A DNA stretch of 63,248 nt, the filler included, from Pelomyxa schiedti (Eukaryota; Protista; Evosea), in the NCBI GenBank assembly GCA_020536535.1. It is 10 parts of 10 records of this genome, joined end to end, with 100 filler letters (N's around TTAATTAATTAA, not from the genome) between each part and the next. Parts side by side here need not be neighbours in the genome. Positions count along the whole stretch, not along the records: positions 7,352 to 15,734 come from JAHLWZ010000685.1; positions 15,835 to 19,792 come from JAHLWZ010001660.1; positions 19,893 to 27,076 come from JAHLWZ010001373.1; 7 more parts are not named here. One strand, given 5' to 3'. The position numbers were made by a program, and so were the translations under genes. Shown here in pieces: positions 11,347 to 22,634 of this stretch. The notes beneath the pieces are model-generated. The model saw only the letters and a program-made list of their open reading frames with translations, did not search any database and had not been told where the DNA came from. Each line of letters opens with the position of its first letter. Position 1 is the first letter of the stretch.

Positions 11347-13149
11347 CAAGGGAGTTATGTTGATGTTTTTAGGTACTTTGGGTAAAATGCCAAAACGACT
11401 GTTTTGTGGGGAGTCACAGCATGAAAGTGGTGGATCACAGTGTGCGCCACACCACACTTCCCTTGATATTTTTTCCACAGTCGACGTACAGTCAAATGAG
11501 CAAGGCAGCGTGAAGCGGCCTGATTTTGCTGGGATTTGTTGATTTTTTGTGCCACAGCGCGCCGCGTGTGTTCGGTTGTGGAGACTGTGCAGTGACTTGC
11601 CTCTTTGTGGCTTCTTGTTTCTTTGTTTTCTTTTTCCCATAGTAGATAACTTTCATTCCAGCGGGCAAGGTAAATTACCCAGTGGTATGCTTTTTTTTTT
11701 TTTTTTTTACACTTAGGTTGTCAACTTGCCTGCTGCTGCTGACATGACAACCACCGACGTACGTCAGTTGTAGGTACCGGACTGACCAACCCCAACTTCC
11801 CTAACCCACTCTCCCGCTTTTCCGCTTTCAACTACCACACTTTACTGTGACGGGTGCACAACCAGGCCCAAATTTCCCTTCTTACTCTTTCACTCTGTGT
11901 GCTTCTGTGGGATGTAGTTCGTTGTGTGATGGCAAAGCACAGAACAAGAACGAGATCAAGAAAGGATTCTATTATTTGTTCTGTTTTGTTGTTTGTTTTG
12001 ATTTATGAGGTTTTGGGTCGTGATTCTAAGGTCGGAGTGTGTTGGGCTTATAAGGACTCGAAAAGGACTTGAAATCGAGGTGAACGATCAGGTAGATTTC
12101 CGCGAACTTGATTTCCTAAGATGTCAGGTCCGAGGTGCTGACTCAGCAGGTCAGTCTCTCAGTCTCGGTGTTCGTGCTCGTGCTCGCAGAGAGTTTGCTT
12201 GTGTATTCTACTGAATCACACAACTCTCATGCGTACAATGCCCACTTCTCTCCAAAATGTGGATTTAAGGGCGGAAAACTTTTTTTTTTGCCTGAAGTCG
12301 ATTTCGACTTCAGGCTTGTACATAGAGGTGTGAGGTGAGGATGGTGAGAGTGAGTGTGAGGAATTCAGCCTGGTGCCCAGTCTGCTACCTAGTACGTTGA
12401 GTGGGGTGACGAGAGGGGAGGGATGCACGTTGGTGGTTGCCATCTCGGCAGCTCTGTAAAAAAAAAAAAGATACATACCACCGTGCCAGTAAAATAAAAT
12501 ACAGAAGGAAGTTACCTAGCCAGCTGGGATTACAGACACCACGTCCGGCACCTAAATTATCCTACGTGAGAAAACGAAGAAAGAAGAAGGCACATACTGG
12601 TGGAAAGCTGCCGTAAATACTGGTAATGCAGAGACTTCTAATTCAGGTTGAATGGAAAAAACGTAATTAAAATTATTTAATAATTTTAAACTTAATTATT
12701 ATTTAATAATTTAATTAATAATAAAGAAGTTGATACATTATAATTATTTAAAAATAAATTCGTTCAATAATAAAATCAAAAACACTCCGATAAATAAAAT
12801 AATAACAAGTTGTGGTGAAGAAGACAACAAAAAGCAAATGGGTACTGGTTGTCCACTGCTACTAGCCAACAGTGTGGAAATCAACTGGCTGCAAAAAAGC
12901 AAAGATAATCTTCGACGCGCACTACAATCCTGGGCCAAACAATGAGTTAGTTGTTGTTCCGTGGCCAGTTTGTTTCCCTACTGTGTTTTAGTCTCGTTAG
13001 GTAAATGTCCTCAACTTCTTTTTACCTTTTGCTTATGTTGTTAGAAACAACTGAAGCCAATGAAGTAGAATGTGCAGGAACATGGGTACCTCCCAGTTTT
13101 AAGCCAGCATGCATAGCCATGATCAAAACTGACCAAATAATAAAAAAAG

Positions 13150-13807
13150 AGAGGAAGCTAGAAAGTTTGCCCCACACTGGGAGGGACCATTTGTCATAAC
13201 AGAGTGCATTGGGGATAATCTGTATCAGGTCGAAAACGAAAGGGGATTTGCCCTTTCACACAACTAATTCATGTGAGCCAGATGAAGAATACAAAGGGGA
13301 CAGAACACACCCACTGAGGCACCAGAGATGATGACTTTGACCCAAGCCTGGAGGAAGAGGCTACATTCACACAAAATCGCCATGACAAGTGGAAGAAGAA
13401 GCAAGAGGCAAAGGTGGCAGCGAAAGGGAAAACACCACTTCAGAGGCAACTCGAAAAGTACTCAGAGGCAAGCCCAGCCCAAGTACGAGATGATGGGACA
13501 GACCCCAATGATGGAGAGTGTGAACCGCCAAGTACCTACACGAACAACATTAACGAATGAAGAGCAACAACACCAAACACTCGCAACAACAAATGCTAAC
13601 GAAGAGAACGTACTTACTAAAGGGGCGGAGCGTAACACGACGAAGCGGAGCCCACTTCGCAGAAGAGACCAAGCGCTGATGACCCGGTCGCTCCCACAAG
13701 AATGCGGCCGAGGCGACGCCACCAGACTACCACAACGGTTTGAAGACTTCGAGATGAACACGGTGCCACCATCGCGAAAGAAGTCGCGATCCCGACGCGA
13801 GGAGTAA
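13150..13807 (+). mobile_element. Degenerate Ty3/gypsy-type LTR retrotransposon remnant (integrase C-terminal GPY/F region and pol tail)
   Basis: KFAPHWEGPFVITECIGDNLYQV from 13163; after a frameshift, LIHVSQMK; downstream tail TRLPQRFEDFEM. No RT or LTRs seen. Confidence 0.7.
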
Positions 13808-14010
13808 CGACGCGTGTGGGATGATGTGAAAGTGATGACTTCTCGAAAAAGCGAATCGCCGCCCTGAGCGACCCTCAGAAGTTGGACCGCCGCTTCACTC
13901 ACCTCAGAACAAGTACAATAAAAATACATATTCTTCTTCCCTTTCAATCTTTCAATGACCACTACAACTTGGTCGGAAACAAAATGAAAGTGGTTTCTGT
14001 GAAACACATC

Positions 14011-15734
14011 ATGGACAACAACACACAGAGAACCTACGAGCCAACGGCGTCGCACAAACAAGGCACCTCCAACAGTGGCGACGTCACAACGCGTAGTCCC
14101 CCGCAGTGCAACTGCGAGTGTGGTGAAGGACAACCGAGCCACAACAACGACACCGTCACGCCCACAACATCGTCTGAATCGCTGCAAGTTCAAGAATCGC
14201 AGGGCGTGAATGTGGATGTGGCAACGCCGGGGCCAGAGACTGCTGCTTCTCCTGCATGTTCAGGTGAGCAAACAAAGCACACGCACACGCAAACGCAAAC
14301 GCAAACGCAACACTCAAAACAAACAAAGATGGAGGAGGGAAGAACACTCGGAACAAAATGATGATGGAGGCACTTATGCAGTTGGAGCTCGGCAACATCA
14401 ACTCTGCACTTGGACTTGTCTCACAGGCTTGTTTGCACTTCAAATCTGATCCTGATTTCGGTGGGTTCTCAACTCCCGTGTTGCCCAAACACATGACCAA
14501 AACACACACACCCAACATCAGGTTGTTGTGAGCCAAACAACCAGCAGCATTACCTCCCAGGATTGTTGTTTGTTTGGGGTCTGATCAGAATCACACAAAA
14601 TTGTGAGATGCTTTACCGCAATCACATTCCCCCCCCATTGTTGGCTTATTTTTCATTTGCAGTCTCATCTTTTAATCTACAATTACGAACATCCTGCCAA
14701 AAAGTTATGGAACAGAACAGAAAAGGAATGAGGAAGAATGCCATTGAAGAGTGGAATGAGTTGGTTTCAACAGCATCAGCAAATGTGAATTGCACCACAG
14801 TGGATGTCACTGGCTTGTTGAGGTTGTGGTGCCACCAAGGTACGAACCCTCAAAGAGATTCTCCCTTCCCCACCAACCACTCCTCGTGGTCCTGTGCATA
14901 CTTTGCAGCACTCTGGATGACATTTTGCATGCAGGAATGCTGGGGGCAAAACTTTATCCTGACTGAGCTTTCAAAGGGTTTTCCTCGTTTTGAAGGCACC
15001 CCTGAAGGATCACAACCACAGCCACAACCACCAGCCCTGTTGAAGTGTGCCTGCATGACTCTGCTGGGTGAGCTGTNNNNNNNNNNNNNNNNNNNNNNNN
15101 NNNNNNNNNNNNNNNNNNNNNNNNNNNNNNNNNNNNNNNNNNNNNNNNNNNNNNNNNNNNNNNNNNNNNNNNNNNNCTGACTGAGCTTTCAAAGGGTTTT
15201 CCTCGTTTTGAAGGCACCCCTGAAGGATCACAACCACAGCCACAACCACCAGCCCTGTTGAAGTGTGCCTGCATGACTCTGCTGGGTGAGCTGTGCTTGG
15301 ATGGAACTGGAGGTGAGCTCAAAGACGCAAACAAGGCAATATCGCTGTGGGAGAGTGCTGCAAGTCAGGGTGACACAACTGCAATGTGTCTGTTGGCTTG
15401 TTTCTACGAAGAAGGTGACTGTGTCAGCAAGGACGCCCTGAAGGCTGGCTCGTTTTATCAGATGGCAGCTGACAGTGGTGACCCACGTGCAATGTGTTGC
15501 CTTGGAGCCCGTTTTGATAAGGATACTGCTGAAGTAGTTGCACTTTGGCAGAGGGCATCTGATGCTGGAAATAACCTGGCAATGGCCATCCTTGGCATGT
15601 ATTATTTCAACATCGACGGCGGTATTGAAAAAGACCACAAGAAAGCAGCCTCACTGTTTCAGAAAGCAGTTGACTGTGGCAACTGCGAAGTTCTCGTAGA
15701 CCTTGGCAGCTGCTATGAGAATGGCCATGGTGTT
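14011..15734 (+). CDS. Sel1-like repeat protein paralog, 3'-partial; introns 14264..14328 and ~14461..14560
   Basis: High identity to 7698..9280; interrupted by N gap and scaffold end. Confidence 0.85.
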
Positions 15735-15834
15735 NNNNNNNNNNNNNNNNNNNNNNNNNNNNNNNNNNNNNNNNNNNNTTAATTAATTAANNNNNNNNNN
15801 NNNNNNNNNNNNNNNNNNNNNNNNNNNNNNNNNN

Positions 15835-16060
15835 GACACTCTTTTGGCTTTCCTTGATAACTCCTGATGTTACTGATTCTAAACTGTTTAGTACACCATC
15901 GAAATCTTTTGTTGTCCTATTTTTGGACAAACCAACCACTGAGTATCGTTGACCTGAAGACAACACAACCACCAACCAAACTCACAAACTTGAAGGAAGC
16001 TTCAGCCCCCTTGATGGCAGCCTCTTGGCAGTGAGCACTCACTCGTGTACAAGGTTTTCC
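15835..16060 (+). pseudogene. Superfamily fragments: C-terminus DTLLAFLDNS* and an internal piece TTTNQTHKLEGSFSPL
   Basis: Match to TDTLLAFV and NTTTNQTHKLKGSFHPLG of 16367..17788. Confidence 0.6.
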
Positions 16061-16366
16061 AAGTGGTGGCTGCGATGTTGGGATAATGGGAGTGAACGTG
16101 TACATAACATTTGTTGTAGCCCATTCCTCACCTCAGCACCAGGAATAACATTTCACTGCCTCTGCTCTGTTCCGGCCTGCCACATTGCATGTATTCTTTC
16201 TCAGTTCTAACCACTGTAGATATCTGGCAGCAGCGGGTTAGACAACTGATTGTGTGTCACTCCTCTAGGTCACTGAAGCACACACCTCACCTTCATTCAA
16301 CCCCAACCCTCCAAAAAAAAATGGTATCCCAATGATAGTGATTTCACATAAAACTCAAAACTTTGA

Positions 16367-17788
16367 TTGAAATCAATGATACGCAACTCATTGGGAAACG
16401 ATCAAAGCAACAACCACCACGTCGACACTCCCAAGGTGTCTCAACCACAGCAGGAGGGCCAACCAGATCCGACCTCGTCCTCGTTTTCACCCCCACCACC
16501 ACCACCACGACGAAGCGTGACAGTCGACGTGGTCCTGTCGGCCGCGGACCAGTTCGTCGCGTTCGCTTGCGGGTCGGCTGTGGCCAGGACTGGAGAGCGT
16601 TCGCCGGCCAGGCTCCTGGCCGTCTCCCCGTCCCTCGTCGAGCAGTTTGGCCGGGAGTGGGTCGCGTGCGGGTGCCGCGACGTCGTGTTCTCGCTCTATC
16701 AGCATGGGGGACTTTCCCCCAAGGACCCGTACGACACGGTGCACGTGTGGTTGTGCGTGTCGCCGACGCTGGGTGTTGTGAGGTCGGTCTGGTTTGCGAC
16801 TTTGGGGCCTTCGTGCGAGCTTGCTGGGTGCATTGGCCTGCCGCCGGCCACAGCGAGAAGGGCACATCGAGAAGGCGGCGTTGGTGTCTCTGACCTGGGT
16901 TGCAGTGGAAGAGTCGAGGGTGGTGAGACTGGAGACGACATGCTTCTGATGTGGTCACATGAGCGTGGCATGACTTTCCTGGACATTGTGGACTGGAAGG
17001 GCTCGGTGGTGAGGAACTTGCTCCCTGGTGATGGCACCCGTGTTTCAAGTACCCTCCGTTCGTGGGTGAAGTGCAACAGAAGGTGGCTTGTGGTGATGGA
17101 TCCAGTTTACCTGACCATTTGGAGGCTCTGGGGTGGTGACCCCTGTGAAGGTGGTGCAAATTTGTTGCCTGGTGAGTGCAGTGAAAAGATCAAGCTGGAC
17201 AGGTTCCCTGTTGGCTGTGCATTACAGGTTCAAGATCCTGATGTCATGCTCCTGTCTGTCGGGAAGTCGAACTACGATTTCAGTGGGTTTTCCTTGTTGC
17301 ATGTTGACCTGATGGAGAGCTTCAACCAGAGAGCTATTGTATTCAAAAAGCCTCCTGTTCCTCTTCTGCATGACCTGAACCACTATCATACTGTGCTTGG
17401 TGGTGACCCAATCTGCACTGTTTCCGCTGGACCTGGGAGCGTATTCGAAATCCACAACACAACCACAAACCAAACTCACAAACTCAAAGGAAGCTTCCAC
17501 CCCCTTGGCAGCAACCTCTTTGCGTTGTGCACATTCACAAACGAGGTGGTGTACAAGGTGTTCCACACCAGTGAGCTCCACAAGCCCTGCATTGTGCTTC
17601 CTTACAGGAGGGGAATCCCAGGAGTAACTGATGGTGAGGTGCTATTCTGCGGCACAAGCTCAGGTGGCGGTTTTGTGTGGGTGTATGAGGCCCGTCCAGG
17701 AAGACAGAAGTATGCCATCACTGATGCCGTGACTGACACTCTGCTTGCTTTTGTGTGTTTGTGTTACAACAGGAAGAATAGCACCTAA
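16367..17788 (+). CDS. DQF-AL/RCG-motif superfamily member (subfamily A), intronless, ~473 aa
   Basis: AADQFVAFACGSAVARTGERSPARLL..QFGREWV, VSPTLG, C-terminal YAITDAVTDTLLAF. Confidence 0.8.
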   Translation: MKSMIRNSLGNDQSNNHHVDTPKVSQPQQEGQPDPTSSSFSPPPPPPRRSVTVDVVLSAADQFVAFACGSAVARTGERSPARLLAVSPSLVEQFGREWVACGCRDVVFSLYQHGGLSPKDPYDTVHVWLCVSPTLGVVRSVWFATLGPSCELAGCIGLPPATARRAHREGGVGVSDLGCSGRVEGGETGDDMLLMWSHERGMTFLDIVDWKGSVVRNLLPGDGTRVSSTLRSWVKCNRRWLVVMDPVYLTIWRLWGGDPCEGGANLLPGECSEKIKLDRFPVGCALQVQDPDVMLLSVGKSNYDFSGFSLLHVDLMESFNQRAIVFKKPPVPLLHDLNHYHTVLGGDPICTVSAGPGSVFEIHNTTTNQTHKLKGSFHPLGSNLFALCTFTNEVVYKVFHTSELHKPCIVLPYRRGIPGVTDGEVLFCGTSSGGGFVWVYEARPGRQKYAITDAVTDTLLAFVCLCYNRKNST

Positions 17789-17881
17789 AAGTTTGTTGTT
17801 CCACAACTTTTGGCAGTTTTGATCTTCGCACAAACTTCGTGTGTGGCTGCAGGGACGTCGCGTTCACGTTGATACGGAACG

Positions 17882-18982
17882 CCGGCCAGGCTCCTCGCTG
17901 CGTCCCCGTCGATGGTCGAGCAGTGCGGCAGGGAGTGGATCGTGTGTGGCTGCAGGGACGTCGCGTTCACGTTGATACGGAACGAGAGGCTTTTCGAGGA
18001 GTACCTCGAGGTTCACGTGCGGATGGAACTGTCGCCGACACTCGGCGTTGTTGGTGCGGTGATGTTTGAGACTGTGGGGCACACGTTTTACCGTTCACAG
18101 CTTGTTGGGTGCGTTGGGCCACCAGCCACGGCGAGGAGGATACAACCGGAAAGGGGAAGTCACATGGAAATTGGCAAGGAAAGGCTGCTGATGACGAGGA
18201 CGAGGAACAATGGCGTGCTGATTGACATTGTGGATGGAAGGGGATCGGTGGTGAGGAACCTGTTCCCTGGCGATGGGACGACCAACCCAAGGTGGTTCAG
18301 CACCTCCGTTTATTCCAACAGCAGGTGGATAGTTCTGCTGAACTCGGCCGAGATGATCCTGTGGAGCCTCAGGTTGTGCAATGACTCTGAAGAGTGTGAA
18401 CGCAACCCGTTGCTCACTGAGGACAGCTGTAAAAAGATAAAGCTGGGCCATAAACCCTATCTCGAAGTGGCACTCTGTGAGCATGATCCTGATGTGTTGC
18501 TCATGGCCGACATGCCGGATCCTTTCCTGAGGCACGTTGATTTGAAAGAGAGCTTCAACAAGGGAGTTATTGTTTTCAAGAAGGATCCTGTGCCTATCTC
18601 ATTGCCCAGAAATAGGATCAAGTCTGTGCTCGGAGGTGATCCAATCTGTGTAATTTCACGAGGAGATACCACTCAAATTTATCGCATCCACAACACCAGC
18701 ACCAACATGACTCGAACCATTCAAGGTAATGTGAGGTTACTGGGCAGAAGCCTCATTGCAGTCACACCTGACACACGCCACCCAACTGAATTCAAGGTGT
18801 TCCACACCAGTGACCTCGACACACCCTGCATTGCTGTACCTCTTCAGAGGCCAGTCTCAGTGGCTTGCGTTATGAAGGCCATTAACTGGCTGCCTTGTGG
18901 AGTTGTTGTGTGGGAGTGTCCCACACCCACCTCAGACTCAGTGGTTACCAGGTACGCCATCACTGATGCACTGACTGACACC
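17882..18982 (+). pseudogene. Subfamily A member, 5'-truncated and lacking its normal end
   Basis: Begins mid-motif (PARLLAASPSMVEQCGREW) after a 45-bp duplication; homology stops at YAITDALTDT. Confidence 0.65.
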
Positions 18983-19135
18983 AATAATAGCAGAGACCAC
19001 GAGTTTTTTCGTTCTCTGATGAGGATGCCTGGTTGTTCCATTACCATAACGAACAATGGGCACCACACAACCAACACAGTCAGACCTGCCACACCAAACA
19101 TTCTCCCACGCACCAACAACAAACTCTTTGCCAAG

Positions 19136-19335
19136 GAGTCACGAGTGACGTGGCGATACCAGCCGCGGGCCAGTTCATCGCGTTCGCGGGCGGCGCACTC
19201 GTGTCCAGGACGGGGGATCGGTCCCCGTCGATAATCGCGCAGTTTGGCAGGGAGTGGGTCGTGCGCGCCTGCCGCGACGTTGTCGAATCCATGGTCGTTG
19301 GCGAGGAGGAGGAGGGCAGGGAAGGGGAAGTGTGA
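19136..19335 (+). pseudogene. N-terminal motif-only fragment of subfamily A
   Basis: AAGQFIAFAGGALVSRTGDRSPSIIAQFGREWVVRACRDVV, then early stop. Confidence 0.65.
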
Positions 19336-19676
19336 GTGGTGTCCCTGATGGGGAGCGACGAACACGTTCTCATGAATTCCAAGTATTCAGTGGACACACA
19401 GCACAGCATCATGTGCCATTGAATTCCCAGCAGTTGTCCGACTTCTGAGGGTTGCTTAGGGCTGACTCTGTGATTCCCTTTTTCGGGACTTCACTTTCAC
19501 AGGGTGAAAGATTCATCAGGTTGGAGAAAGCCTTGTACTGGAGGATGGCAGCGCGGGCATGAGAGACTTTATGTGGCGGATGGGAATGGCTGCTGTCTCT
19601 TATGGTTGAGGTTAGGAAAAAGTGTTTTTCTTTCATTGAATACCACAAACAGGACGGTTTTAACCCTGGGTGTTGT

Positions 19677-19792
19677 CTACCTGTGGTAGGTCATGAAAGC
19701 CACAAGAGTGTCAGTCTCAGCATCAGTTATCATGTACCTCGCTGCCACCGTCATTGTGGCTGATTTTGGAGGCACTGTGCACTCCCACACCA
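19677..19792 (-). CDS. C-terminus of an inverted subfamily A member (5'-partial)
   Basis: VWECTVPPKSATMTVAARYMITDAETDTLVAFMTYHR*. Confidence 0.7.
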
Positions 19793-20100
19793 NNNNNNNN
19801 NNNNNNNNNNNNNNNNNNNNNNNNNNNNNNNNNNNNTTAATTAATTAANNNNNNNNNNNNNNNNNNNNNNNNNNNNNNNNNNNNNNNNNNNNACTTCAAG
19901 AGGGGAAGTGTTCAGATTTTCAGGAATCTGGCTCCACTTTTCAGCATCGACGAAGTGAATACAGCCCTCCCACTTTTCCCTGCCATACAAATGTGCTGCA
20001 AAGCAAACAAGTACCGTTTTATCAGGAACCCAGCACTTCCGCCTTCAATCTCATAACAATTGCAAAACAATGCCATTTTTATTTTGGTGTGGGGCAGATT

Positions 20101-21507
20101 TTAGAGAAGAAAGGAGAAATGATGAATAACTCGTTGGAGGCACCGGGAAAATTTGAGTGTGAGAACGTGGGAACCAGTGGATTCCTCAGTCACACGCAGA
20201 TGTTGGCTGTTGGAACTCGTTTGAAACAGCAGACCACCATCAACAAAAGCAGGCCTTGTTGTGTCCGCACTGTTGAGCTCCTCTGACCTCAAAGGTTTGG
20301 TGGGCTCATTGACATCCCACACATCGTAGTGTGCACCGTGGCGAACACAGAACTGTGACTGGTTAAGCTGTGACAGCTCCCCATTGCATGCCTCCTCTTG
20401 AATGAGACTCATTGTGCCGGTTCCTTCTGCAATCCTTGTGACAGGGAAGGTGTCAAGATCTGGGCAAGGTAGAAATATGTTGGAACCATCTTGCTTTGGG
20501 ATGATCAGGTGGGTGTCCAGTGGGGAAAAAAAATTCCAGGGCATCAAGTCTGTTCCATTGAAGTGGTCCACATCCGGTCTCGTTGAACTTAACACCACCA
20601 GTTGGTTTCTTTCTCGAGATTGAAAGAGGTCCACCAAGATCAGTTCGCAAAATCTTGATCTGAAATCACAACAAGACAACAACACGTGATCTTCAGTGTG
20701 CCTGCAGAAGGACAACGTGTATTTCATGCCTCTATCTTTAATGATGGAACCAAATGACACACAAGTGGCTGTTGGCGTGCACGTTGTGGCTCCATCAAGA
20801 TTCCACTTGGGTATCTCGACAAGGACCAGCTCCTTTTTGAAGGGTTCACAGTGGACCAACCACTTCCCGTTTGTTCCACTGTCACCACAGGTTCGGCATT
20901 TTATTCGCAGCCCCCACAGTTTCAATGTACCATCCACCAATCTCTTCCTTTTTCCAGTCACTGTATCTTGCAAGTAGTAGTACGCCATCAACCACCAACC
21001 AGATGTTGATGATGGCGGAGGTCGTGAATTTTTTCGCACAACCAAGTACCGCTGATTGGCACCCAGAAGCTTCTCACCCCCTCTCTGAAACCACCACCTC
21101 ATTTCATGTGTCAGTGTCATCAGCACAGAACACACCCCAAAAGTGATCATCACAACAGTCTCGTCATAGGAGCCAGGATACACAATTGACAGCTGGAGAA
21201 AGAAGAACCTGGTGTGAGACATGAGCCAAGACCGCAACAACGTAACCACCAACGAAAACGCGCAACCAACACCGCCGCCGCCACACCGAGGGTGCGTCCC
21301 CATTGCCAATCCCATAAGTTGGTCCCTCATTGTGACCAATGCCCTTGGCGTCGATGTAGCAACGATCAAGTTCCCAGCACGACGGTGGTCTCGCGTCGAC
21401 GCATTTTGACGCTCGTGTTGTTGCTTAGTGCTGGGGCTGTTGTCGTTTGAGTCCCATAAGGCAGGAACACTAGACTCGTCGTGCGATCGTTTGTTTCTGA
21501 ACGTCAT
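20101..21507 (-). CDS. Superfamily member (subfamily B), intronless, 468 aa
   Basis: MRDQLMGLAMGTHPRCG, ITFGV, TNGKW, LSQLNQSQF, YDVWDVN, AFVDGGLLFQ, VTEESTG. Confidence 0.85.
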   Translation of the reverse strand: MTFRNKRSHDESSVPALWDSNDNSPSTKQQHERQNASTRDHRRAGNLIVATSTPRALVTMRDQLMGLAMGTHPRCGGGGVGCAFSLVVTLLRSWLMSHTRFFFLQLSIVYPGSYDETVVMITFGVCSVLMTLTHEMRWWFQRGGEKLLGANQRYLVVRKNSRPPPSSTSGWWLMAYYYLQDTVTGKRKRLVDGTLKLWGLRIKCRTCGDSGTNGKWLVHCEPFKKELVLVEIPKWNLDGATTCTPTATCVSFGSIIKDRGMKYTLSFCRHTEDHVLLSCCDFRSRFCELILVDLFQSRERNQLVVLSSTRPDVDHFNGTDLMPWNFFSPLDTHLIIPKQDGSNIFLPCPDLDTFPVTRIAEGTGTMSLIQEEACNGELSQLNQSQFCVRHGAHYDVWDVNEPTKPLRSEELNSADTTRPAFVDGGLLFQTSSNSQHLRVTEESTGSHVLTLKFSRCLQRVIHHFSFLL

Positions 21508-21709
21508 AGCGGAAAAAAACTGATCACGACTGTCGCCTGTCTGTGTGGGAAAGATGCTGAAATGTCCACATGCAAATTATGGGTTGCGCCTGAATTTCTT
21601 TTCACCCGATTGATACCACCGCTCTCCCTTGGTGCTCCCTTTATTCTCTCACTCTACTGTGGAACTCATTCCGGAGCCCACACCTTCAATCTCAATTACA
21701 AAAAAAAAC

Positions 21710-22510
21710 TCACCAAGTAATGAATTTTGGGGTGAAAAGATTCCACTTGGGTATCTCGACAAGAACCAGCTCCTTTTTGAAGGGTTCACAGTGGACGAAC
21801 CACTTTCCGTTTGTTCCACTGTCACCACAGGGTCGGCAGTGTCTTGCCAGCTTCAATGTACCGTCCACCAGTCTCTTCCTGTTTCCAGTCACTGTATCTT
21901 GCAAGTAGTACTCCATCAACCAGAAACCAGATGCTGATGATGGAGTTAGTGCATCTTTTCGCACAACCAAGTACCATTGATTGGCACCCAGAAGCTTCTC
22001 ACCCTCTCTCTGAAACCACCACCTCATTTCATGTGTCAGTGTCATCAGCACAGAACACACCCCAAAAGTGATCATCACAACAGTCTCGTCATGGGAGCCA
22101 GGATACGCAATTGACAGCTGGAGAAAGAAGAACCTGGAGTGTGACATGAGCCAAGTCCGCAACAACGTCACCACCAGCGTCCCATAATTCGAAAATGTGC
22201 AGCCAACGGTGCCGCCACACCGAGGGTGCGTCCCCATCGCCAATCCCATAAGTTGGTCCCTCATTGTGACCAATGCCCTTGGCGTCGATGTAGCAACGAT
22301 CAAGTTCCCAGCACGACGGCGGTGTTGCGTCGACGCATTTTGACGTTCGTGTTGTCGCTTAGTGTTGGGGCCGTTGTCGTTTGCGTCCCATAAGGCAGGA
22401 ACACTAGACTCGTCGTGCGGTCGTTTGTTTCTGCGTTCTGCAGTCATAGCGGAAAAAAACATCACGATTGTCGCCTGTCTGCCTTCAGGGAAAGATGCTG
22501 AAATGTCCAC
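21710..22510 (-). pseudogene. Subfamily B member with the C-terminal half deleted
   Basis: Close paralog of 20101..21507 up to LVEIPKWNL, then joins 3'-flank-like sequence resembling that downstream of 22635. Confidence 0.75.
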
Positions 22511-22634
22511 ATGACCATTTTGGGAGCCGCTCCCCTTAACAACAATCCGAGCCCACAGAAGCTAACACCTTCAATCTCACATCACAATGACAAAAAAAAA
22601 CTCACCAAATAATTTGTTTTGGTGTGGGCCAGAA

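Noticed and set aside
14959-15294. ~120-bp direct repeats flanking 100-N gaps (also 51169-51510 and 55327-55668)
   Set aside because: Unmerged contig overlaps of similar length on each side of a gap; assembly artefact
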